NCBI GenBank assembly: GCA_040386535.1
Contig: JAZKFH010000032.1
Span: forward strand, 224,001 to 288,000
Source: Myxococcota bacterium
GTDB taxonomy: Bacteria; Myxococcota_A; UBA796; SXON01
Direction: 5' to 3'
DNA length: 64,000 bases
In this document: positions 56,714 through 64,000 of the stretch, piece by piece
Position numbering within the stretch: the first letter of the stretch is position 1
Layout of the letters: each line of letters starts with the position of its first letter
Made by a program: the position numbers and the translations under genes
Notes under the pieces: generated by a model
Databases searched by the model: none
What the model was told of the DNA's origin: nothing
The model's input: only the letters and a program-made list of their open reading frames with translations

Positions 56714-58404
56714 TACTTCATCGACGCGGCGGCCAGGACCACGAGCACCGTGAGCTCGGAGCCGTTGTGCATCCCGAGGTTCCCGTTGGCGGCGCCGACG
56801 GAGAAGTTCTTCGCGGTCGCGGGGATCCCGAGGCTCTCGAGCTTGGGCGTCTGCCCCGGGGGCACCGTGTAGATCGACCACGTCATCGCGCCGCCGATCC
56901 ACCCGGCCGTCTCGAGCTCCTTGACCACCTTCGTCGCGGCGGCCAAACCCTGCTTCATCGACTTCTTGCCCGAGGCGACCTCGGCCGCGACCGCGTCGAG
57001 CTTGGACTGGACGAGCACCGCGGAGCCCGGCGCGGATGCGCCCCCGGTGAGCGCGCCGGTCACGGAGGCGACGCCGCCCGAGAGGCGCCGAAGCTCTTTG
57101 TGCGCCGCGTCGCGGGACGCGAGCGGGGCGGAGCCGGGCTCGACGACGAACGAGAGGACGGAGACGCCGCCCGGGTTCGGCGAGGGGAGCGCGCCCGCCG
57201 TCATCATCGTGGAGCTCGCGCCGAGGAGGGTCGCGCGCGAGATCGGGTGCTCCAGAGCGGTCCACGCGGCCTCGGCGGCGTCCTGGCCGTCGGTGAAGGC
57301 GGGGCCCCACGCGCCGTGCAGCTGGCCGGGGAGCGGATCTTTCGCGGCGATCTGCTGGACGTGGCGCCACCGCGCCATCTCGCGGTCGGCCGGCGGGAGC
57401 CCCGCGAGCGCGGCCCGAAGGTCGGTCGTGCGGTCTACCCACACGAGCGGCGGGAGCTGGTAGGTGCCGCGCGCGGCGTTCACCTCGGCGAGGAAGTCCT
57501 GCTCGACCGTGCCCGTCGTGACGGCGCTCGCACTCGGCGCCGCGGGGAACGTGGTGAGCGGCTCCTGGCCGACGTAGAGGGTGAAGAAGAACGCGCTGTC
57601 GGGCAGCTGGCGCTTCTTCTGCGTGTTCATCGCGACGCGGTACACGCCCGGCTGCTGCGGGAGCGCCACCTCCACGTCGAAGTCGCCCTTGCCCGCGAGC
57701 GGGAACTCGCGCACCTCGGTGCCCGGGTAGGACACGTAGACGGCGTACTTCGTGTCGCTCGCCAGCAGCGTGCCGGGGAGCACGGCGACCGCGCCGGGCG
57801 TGTGCACGCGGGGGAAGGGCTCGAACTCGGCCGCGCCGTAGATCCCGGTGAGGATGCCGACCCAGCCGCCGTGCGCGTCGTCCCGCTCCACCGCGACGGC
57901 GACGCTGCGCAGCTCCGGGTCCTTCTCCACGAACCCCGCGACGAGCGTGCCGACCGCGGCTGGATCGAGCGTGGGCGTGAAGAACGTGCCCATGACCCGC
58001 GGCGCCGTCGCGAGCCCCATGTGTTCGGCGAGGAACCACTCCACGCGGTCCTGGGTCACGCCCTTCCGCATCAGGGAGAGCACCTGGCGGGTGTAGCGGC
58101 GCAGCCCGTCCGAGGCGGGCGGGAGCGTGGCGCCCACGGCCGCCGCCTCGATCGCGCTCTCCTCCGCGCGGGCGAAGCCGGGGGTCACCGTGGTCTGGTC
58201 GTAGGTGCGCGCGGGCGGGCCGATGGTCGCGGGCACCAGCAGCGCCGCGGCTTCGGCGGAGGTGAGCGGCGCGACGGGAAACACGTCGGCCAGGGTCACC
58301 GTCGGCGCGGCGGGGGCGGGGGCCGCCGCCGGGGCGCGCGCGGGGGCCGCGTGCGCGGGGGCGATCATCACGAGGAGCGGGAGCAACGGGAACAGGGCCA
58401 GCAT
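56713..58404 (-). CDS. Secreted hypothetical protein with degenerate CAP/SCP-like domain
   Basis: AHA signal peptide. EQDFLAEVNAAR...LPPL resembles a CAP domain start. Confidence 0.65.
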   Translation of the reverse strand: MLALFPLLPLLVMIAPAHAAPARAPAAAPAPAAPTVTLADVFPVAPLTSAEAAALLVPATIGPPARTYDQTTVTPGFARAEESAIEAAAVGATLPPASDGLRRYTRQVLSLMRKGVTQDRVEWFLAEHMGLATAPRVMGTFFTPTLDPAAVGTLVAGFVEKDPELRSVAVAVERDDAHGGWVGILTGIYGAAEFEPFPRVHTPGAVAVLPGTLLASDTKYAVYVSYPGTEVREFPLAGKGDFDVEVALPQQPGVYRVAMNTQKKRQLPDSAFFFTLYVGQEPLTTFPAAPSASAVTTGTVEQDFLAEVNAARGTYQLPPLVWVDRTTDLRAALAGLPPADREMARWRHVQQIAAKDPLPGQLHGAWGPAFTDGQDAAEAAWTALEHPISRATLLGASSTMMTAGALPSPNPGGVSVLSFVVEPGSAPLASRDAAHKELRRLSGGVASVTGALTGGASAPGSAVLVQSKLDAVAAEVASGKKSMKQGLAAATKVVKELETAGWIGGAMTWSIYTVPPGQTPKLESLGIPATAKNFSVGAANGNLGMHNGSELTVLVVLAAASMK

Positions 58405-58480
58405 CGATGCCTCGGTCAGGGCGGTTCGGATATCCCGACGGCCCGCGGGCGGAGAGGCGCGATCAGGGTACGTGCCCCCC

Positions 58481-59077
58481 ATGACCGACCTCTCCCACAT
58501 CGCCCCCACCCTGCACGCGCGCGCCGACGGCCGCTGCGAGCTCTGCGGCGCCACCGACGATCTCGCCGTGCACCTCGTCCCGCCCGTCACCGAGGCCGTT
58601 GCCGACCGGGCGGTGCTCGTGTGTGGCACCTGCCGCGGGCCGCTCACCGGGGGCCCCGACGTCGACCCGAAGCACTGGTACGGCCTCCGCGAGGCCATCT
58701 GGACCGAGGTGCCGGCCGTGCAGGTGACCGCGTGGCGCCTCCTCGCCGGCTTGCGGGAGGAGACGTGGGCCCGCGATCTGCTCGACCAGGTCTACCTCGA
58801 CGAGGAGATGCTCTCGTGGGCCCGCGCGGGGATGGACGTCCCGGTGGAGGGCGAGGTGGCGGGCCCCACCGTCGTCGACAGCAACGGCGCCCTGCTCGCG
58901 GACGGTGACGCGGTCACCCTCATCAAGGACCTCGACGTGAAGGGCGCCAACTTCACCGCGAAGCGCGGCACCGTCGTGAAGGGGATCCGCCTCGGAGACG
59001 ACCCCGCACTGGTCGAGGGCCGCGTGAACGGCATCGTGATCTTCCTCAAGACGTGCTTCCTGAAGAAGGTGTTGTAG
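58481..59077 (+). CDS. phnA: PhnA-domain protein (long form with N-terminal Zn ribbon)
   Basis: CELC..CGTC, then DSNGALLADGDAVTLIKDLDVKGANFTAKRGT...FLKK. Confidence 0.9.
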   Translation: MTDLSHIAPTLHARADGRCELCGATDDLAVHLVPPVTEAVADRAVLVCGTCRGPLTGGPDVDPKHWYGLREAIWTEVPAVQVTAWRLLAGLREETWARDLLDQVYLDEEMLSWARAGMDVPVEGEVAGPTVVDSNGALLADGDAVTLIKDLDVKGANFTAKRGTVVKGIRLGDDPALVEGRVNGIVIFLKTCFLKKVL

Positions 59078-60050
59078 AGGCCCCCACGTCGACGACGAAC
59101 AGCTGCAGGTTCGCGACGGCCACGCGCTCGTTGCGGGGGGAGCTGGCGACGAGCCCGCGGAGCTCGCGGAAGTAGCGGAGGTGGAGCTCTCGGAGCGCCG
59201 CCAGCGTGGCCTCGTCGGTGCTGAAGACGAGGTAGGCGAACTGCCCCTCGCCGCCCGCGCGGATGCGCTCCGCGGCCGCCTCCGTCCAGAACCCGCGGGA
59301 CACCGCGCCGGCCCTCGGGTCCCCCCGCGTCGTGTCCACGGAGCGCTCGCGGTCGACCACCCACCGCTCGCGCGCCCACCGGATGACACCGGCGGCGGCG
59401 AGGTCGCGGAGGGTGCGCTCCTCGTCCTCGCGGCTGATCCCGAGCCGCTCCGCGATCCACCCCGGGCGGTGGCGGCGCAGGCGCGCGTAGCCGGCCAGCT
59501 CGAGAAAACGCGGCACCACCTCCGAGAGCGGGTTCTCGAACGCGAGGCGGCGCGCGGCCTCGAGGCGCTCCCACTCGGCCTGGGCGACGGGGATCGTGGT
59601 GAGATCGACGAGGCCGCTCAACAGGTTGAGGAGGCGTCGCGACGCGGCCTGCACGAGGCGGAAGAAGACCGGCAGCCGCGGCTCGACGTGCCCGGCGAGG
59701 ATGCGGCTGATCGTGGAGCGGGAGAGCTCGGCCGCGGCGGCGAGGTGCTCCATCGGCACCGATCCGCGCAGCTCGCGCAGCAGCGCCGCCACGAAGGCGG
59801 GGCTCGTGGAATCGAGGTCGGCGAGCGACTCGGGGAGCGCCCGCCCGAAGAACGGCACGAGGGCGGCGCGCACGTCGAGGTGGGTGACCGCGGCGGCGCG
59901 CAACATCTCCGCGGCCGTCGGCGCGCGGCGCCCCGCCTCCCACGCGTAGGCCACGTTCGTCGTGTAGCCGAGGCGTCGGCTGAAGGCGGTCTGTGAGCGC
60001 TGGCCGCGCAGGGCGCGCATCACGCCGCACGCCAGCGCCTCGAAGTCCAT
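59046..60050 (-). CDS. Double XRE-HTH regulator with DUF4423-like C-terminus
   Basis: RGQRSQTAFSRRLGYTTNVAYAWEAGRRAP, a second HTH (LSRSTISRIL), and C-terminal ELH..YFRELR...NLQLF. Confidence 0.8.
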   Translation of the reverse strand: MDFEALACGVMRALRGQRSQTAFSRRLGYTTNVAYAWEAGRRAPTAAEMLRAAAVTHLDVRAALVPFFGRALPESLADLDSTSPAFVAALLRELRGSVPMEHLAAAAELSRSTISRILAGHVEPRLPVFFRLVQAASRRLLNLLSGLVDLTTIPVAQAEWERLEAARRLAFENPLSEVVPRFLELAGYARLRRHRPGWIAERLGISREDEERTLRDLAAAGVIRWARERWVVDRERSVDTTRGDPRAGAVSRGFWTEAAAERIRAGGEGQFAYLVFSTDEATLAALRELHLRYFRELRGLVASSPRNERVAVANLQLFVVDVGASTTPSSGSTS

Positions 60051-60180
60051 GTGGGGATCCATCCGTCAGATATGCACGGAGGAATGCATCCGCGCCAGCC
60101 AATTTGTGCATGGCTGCCATGGAAGGTGCGGGGGGCTCGCCATAGGGCTGACACACCAATCGAAGCCCGCGAGGTTCCCG

Positions 60181-62472
60181 ATGCCCATCCTCCGCCGTTT
60201 CCCGCTCCTCGCCCTGCTCGCCGCTTGCCAGGGCAAGGACGACGTCGTCGATACGGCGCCGGACGCCGAGGTGCCGGCGTGTTCTCCCGCGTTCGACGCT
60301 GCGGACCTCACCGGCGGCACCTGGGACCCGCGCTTCACCGTCGCGGGCTTCACCGGCCACGACGGCCTCGCGCCGAGCGTGTACGACTTCGCCGTCGACG
60401 TCGACGGGAGCCTCGTCGCCACGGGCCGCTTCCAGTGGCTCGGCAGCGACGCGATCGAGCCGCTCGCCCGCTGGCGGGACGGCGCCTGGGCGCCCGCGCG
60501 CACCGAGTGGGAGCTCACCCCCGAGCTGACTGGCTTCTCGGCCATCGCCATCGCGGACGACGGCGCGCTCGCGCTCGTCACCTACGACACGTACGGCGAT
60601 CGCTTTGGCGAGATCTGGGTCGACGACGGCACGGGGCTCCGTTCGATCGGCGCCTTCGAGGGCCTGGTGCGCAGCGTCGCGTGGTTCGACGGCAAGCTCT
60701 GGGTGGCCGGGTTGTACGCCCTCGACATGGGCACGGTGTCGCCCCCGATCGAGGGCCTCGCGACGTGGGACGGCGAGGTGTGGTCGGCCGCGCCCGGCGG
60801 GGCCCTGGTCGGCTCCGCGTTCGAGCTCGCTGTCGATGGAGACGAGCTGCTCGTCGGCGGCGCGTTCACCGAGGTCGGCGGCGTGGCTGCCGCCAACGTC
60901 GCCGCCTACGCGCCCCTCGCCGACGGCGGCGCCACGTGGCGCGCGTTCGACTTCGCGTCCGCGCTCGTCGTCTACGCCCTGACGCGCGGCGACGACGGCG
61001 AGCTGTACGCCGGCGGCGCGCTCGGCGGCAACGAGTCGGGCGCGGGCGGCGTGTCCCGCTGGGACGGCGCGGCCTGGCAGATCGTGGGCGGCGGCTTCTC
61101 GATGTACTCCTGGCCCGGCGTCGTGACCGACCTGGCCGTGCACGAGGGCGCGCTCCACGCCACCGGCTGCTTTGCCGGCGTCGGCGGCCCCGACGGGGGC
61201 CCGGACAGCACGCCCGCCCGCTCCCTGGTCCGCCTGGACGGCACGAGCTGGACCCCCCTGGACGACGGGAGCGCCGGTGTGCTCGGCCCCTGGCTCGAGC
61301 CCGCGGTGTGTGGCGACGAGGGCCTCACGGCGGTGTGGGACGTGTCCCAGCAGCGGCTCGCGAGCGCGGGCGACACGATCTTCCTCGGCGGCTCGTTCCC
61401 CGGCGCGGGCGGCGTGCTCTCCCAGTCGATCGTCGGGTACACGAACGACGCGTGGGTGCCCCAGGGCACCGACGGGCTCGGCCTCGGCGGCTCGGTGGAG
61501 CGGCTCGCGGCCTCCGGCGCGGGTTGTGACCTGTACGCCCTGGGCCTGTTCACCCACGCGGGCGGCGTCCCGACCACCGCGAGCCTCCTCCACCTCGGCG
61601 ACGCCGGTTGGGAGCCCATCGACGACACGATCCCCGCGGACGCGTGGTGCCCCGCGCTCGCCGCGAGTGACGACGGCGACGTGGTCGTGGGGTGTATGGA
61701 GTTCCCGCCCGAGGGCGGCGACGCGGTGGGGCGGATCTACCGCAAGGTGGGCGCGCGCCTGGAGCCGGTCGAGGCGAGCCTCGGCCCGATCTTCACCCTG
61801 GTCTACGACCTCGACGGCGCCCTGTGGATCGGCGGCGGCGCGACGACCGGCTACCTCGCGCGGCTCGACGGCGACACGCTCACCGTGGTGGAGGACAGCT
61901 TCGATGGCCCCCTCACCCGAATCGACGTGCGTGGCGACGACGACGTGCTCGTCGGCGGCACCTTCACCACGGTCGGCGGGGTAGACGCCGCGCGGATCGC
62001 GCTGTGGGACGGCACGAGCTGGTCGGCCCTCGGCGACGGCGCGCCCGGCATGGTGACCGCGCTCGCCCGCGACGCGACGAACGTGTACGTGAGCACCTAC
62101 GACGAGGGTAACGGCGCCCTCCTGCTCGGCGCGTACGACGGCACCACGTGGACCGAGCTCGCGACGGCGGACGCCGGCCTCACGCCGCAGAGCTACTTCA
62201 ACTTCAACGACATCCAGCCGATCGACGGCGCCCTGCTCCTGGTCGGCGCGGCCGAGCTCGACGGGGCGATCGACGGGAACGCAGCGCGCGGCGCCCTGGT
62301 CTACCAGGACGGCGCGTTCGCCCCCCTCGGCGGCGCGGTGCGGGCGATGGGCGTGTCCGATCTGCTGGTGACCGCCGACTCGGTGTGGTTCGCGGGCTCC
62401 ATCGCGGAGGTGGGCGAGGGCCCCACGCTCGCGCCCTCGGTCGGGATCGCGCGGTACATCGTCACGCACTGA
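60181..62472 (+). CDS. Large beta-propeller lipoprotein
   Basis: LAAC lipobox and repeated VGG.FT..GG..A..IA.WDG..W..LG blades. Confidence 0.85.
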   Translation: MPILRRFPLLALLAACQGKDDVVDTAPDAEVPACSPAFDAADLTGGTWDPRFTVAGFTGHDGLAPSVYDFAVDVDGSLVATGRFQWLGSDAIEPLARWRDGAWAPARTEWELTPELTGFSAIAIADDGALALVTYDTYGDRFGEIWVDDGTGLRSIGAFEGLVRSVAWFDGKLWVAGLYALDMGTVSPPIEGLATWDGEVWSAAPGGALVGSAFELAVDGDELLVGGAFTEVGGVAAANVAAYAPLADGGATWRAFDFASALVVYALTRGDDGELYAGGALGGNESGAGGVSRWDGAAWQIVGGGFSMYSWPGVVTDLAVHEGALHATGCFAGVGGPDGGPDSTPARSLVRLDGTSWTPLDDGSAGVLGPWLEPAVCGDEGLTAVWDVSQQRLASAGDTIFLGGSFPGAGGVLSQSIVGYTNDAWVPQGTDGLGLGGSVERLAASGAGCDLYALGLFTHAGGVPTTASLLHLGDAGWEPIDDTIPADAWCPALAASDDGDVVVGCMEFPPEGGDAVGRIYRKVGARLEPVEASLGPIFTLVYDLDGALWIGGGATTGYLARLDGDTLTVVEDSFDGPLTRIDVRGDDDVLVGGTFTTVGGVDAARIALWDGTSWSALGDGAPGMVTALARDATNVYVSTYDEGNGALLLGAYDGTTWTELATADAGLTPQSYFNFNDIQPIDGALLLVGAAELDGAIDGNAARGALVYQDGAFAPLGGAVRAMGVSDLLVTADSVWFAGSIAEVGEGPTLAPSVGIARYIVTH

Positions 62473-62506
62473 CCGGGGGGCGATCGCGGGCGCGTTAGGC
62501 GCTCGG

Positions 62507-63358
62507 GTGGCGATCGAGATCCTCCGCGGCGACAACCTGGACGTGCTCCCCGCGCTTCCCGACGCCTCGTTCCATCTCATCTACATCGATCCGCCGTTCA
62601 ACACCGGCCACAAGCAGGCGCGCACCCGGCTCAAGACGGTGCGCGATCCCGAGGGCGATCGCACCGGGTACCACGGCGAGCGCTACCGCACGCTGAAGAT
62701 CGGGCAGCAGTCCTTCGGCGACTCGTTCGACGACTACCTGGGTTTTCTCGAGCCCCGGCTCGTCGAGGCGCGGCGGCTGCTCACCCCCACGGGCAGCCTG
62801 TTCCTGCACCTCGACTACCGCGAGGTGCACTACGCCAAGGTGTTGCTCGACCAACTGTTCGGCCGCGCCTCCTTCATCAACGAGATCATCTGGTCGTACG
62901 ACTACGGCGCGCGCGCCACGCGCAAGTGGTCGTCCAAACACGACAACATCCTCTGGTACGCCAAGGATCCCAAGCGGTACACGTATCGTTACGACGACAT
63001 CGATCGCATCCCCTACATGGCGCCGGATCTCGTGGGCCCCAAGAAGGCCGCGCGTGGCAAGACCCCGACGGACTGCTGGTGGAACACGATCGTGAGCCCC
63101 GGCGGCAAGGAGCGCACCGGCTACCCGACGCAGAAGCCCCTCGCGATCCTCAACCGCATCGTGCGCGTGCACAGCAACCCGGGCGACCGCCTGCTCGACT
63201 TTTTCGCCGGGAGCGGCACCCTGGGCGAGGCCGCGGCGCTGGCCGGCCGCGACGCCGTGCTGGTCGACAGCAGCGAGGACGCCGTCGTCGTCATGCGCAA
63301 GCGCCTGGAGCGGTTCCTGGCGCCCGCGCCCGACATGCCCTCCGCGCCCCCCCCTTGA
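62507..63358 (+). CDS. Site-specific DNA methyltransferase (N6-A/N4-C, beta class)
   Basis: LIYIDPPF precedes YPTQKP and LDFFAGSGT. Confidence 0.94.
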   Translation: MAIEILRGDNLDVLPALPDASFHLIYIDPPFNTGHKQARTRLKTVRDPEGDRTGYHGERYRTLKIGQQSFGDSFDDYLGFLEPRLVEARRLLTPTGSLFLHLDYREVHYAKVLLDQLFGRASFINEIIWSYDYGARATRKWSSKHDNILWYAKDPKRYTYRYDDIDRIPYMAPDLVGPKKAARGKTPTDCWWNTIVSPGGKERTGYPTQKPLAILNRIVRVHSNPGDRLLDFFAGSGTLGEAAALAGRDAVLVDSSEDAVVVMRKRLERFLAPAPDMPSAPPP

Positions 63359-63490
63359 CGCCGCCCGACTGACGAACGTCCGCCGACGGGTGTCGGACGT
63401 CCGTCACCACCTGGCCACCCCCGCACGGGCCAACGCCGACAACTCGGTGGCATGCGACGTGCCAGGGCGGTCGGCGAACCCGAGGTCATC

Positions 63491-63904
63491 ATGTCAATCG
63501 AACTGCTGGAAGTCTCCTGGCGCGTCGGCGCCGACCGTTTCTCGTTCGTGCTCACGCCCGACGGCACCCCCCACCTCACCGGCCCCGGCGTCCGGGAGCT
63601 CACCGACGCGGCCGAGCCCACCGCCCGCCCCGCGCCCACCGGGCCGGCCCGCCGGGGCAAGGCGTGGTCGGACGACGAGGAGGCGCAGCTCCGCGAGCGC
63701 TTCACGCAGGGGGACACGCCCTCCGCCATCGCCACCGCGCTCGGCCGCACGTCGGGATCCGTGCGCGCGCGCCTCGTGCGGCTGGGGCTGCTCGACGAGG
63801 AGGCGGCGGGCCTGCGGTACCCGGTGGCGCGGGGTGGGGCGGCGGCGCCCACGCCGAGCGGCGAAGCGGGCGCCGACGGCCAATCCGGCGGCGAGCCCGA
63901 GTAG
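63491..63904 (+). CDS. Hypothetical protein with Myb/SANT-like HTH
   Basis: GKAWSDDEEAQL...IATALGRTSGSVRARL. An alternative start lies at 63452. Confidence 0.7.
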   Translation: MSIELLEVSWRVGADRFSFVLTPDGTPHLTGPGVRELTDAAEPTARPAPTGPARRGKAWSDDEEAQLRERFTQGDTPSAIATALGRTSGSVRARLVRLGLLDEEAAGLRYPVARGGAAAPTPSGEAGADGQSGGEPE

Positions 63905-64000
63905 CTACGGCACCCTACCCGAGCCCGTGACGCCGACCGCGGCCTCCGGCTCGTCGGGATCGTTGCTCCCGACGAGCACTTCGGACGTGTACGTGCCGGC
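63905..64000 (-). CDS. 3' end of a gene ending in an Ig-like (ASH/choice-of-anchor D-like) domain, truncated by window edge
   Basis: Reads AGTYTSEVLVGSNDPDEPEAAVGVTGSGRVP*. Confidence 0.6.
   Translation of the reverse strand, partial: AGTYTSEVLVGSNDPDEPEAAVGVTGSGRVP

Noticed and set aside
58792..62580. 1262-aa minus-strand ORF, and other Arg/Pro/Gly-rich alternative-frame ORFs across the window
   Set aside because: They overlap well-supported genes and have the composition typical of off-frame translation.

Overview
High-GC bacterial DNA, most likely from a Myxococcota/deltaproteobacterial genome (inferred from the gene repertoire: FG-GAP/DCDD lipoproteins, a DUF4423-like regulator, a Che7-like cluster). 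Four zones. (1) 1-21.1 kb, core-like: 4-hydroxybenzoyl-CoA-reductase-like Mo/FAD subunits, lipoproteins, pal, tatD, pgi, FKBP, a CobW fusion, a complex intergenic repeat, a PBP7-like peptidase, a calpain and a metalloprotease. (2) tRNA-Asn followed by a ~12 kb accessory tract with no integrase: a frameshifted metallophosphoesterase relic, an AbiE type IV toxin-antitoxin pair, a degraded EndoU-like toxin/immunity pair sharing a 30-bp identical in-frame repeat with a nearby 398-aa gene, and a 1430-aa HIT-PLD-SF2 helicase-S24 fusion. (3) A ~22 kb co-oriented signalling supercluster in which ada-kaiC-kaiB sits between a Che7-like (HEAT-repeat) and a Wsp-like chemosensory operon. (4) A tail with phnA, a regulator, a beta-propeller lipoprotein and an orphan DNA methyltransferase. 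All family assignments come from motif recognition by eye, with no database searches, and several start codons are best estimates.
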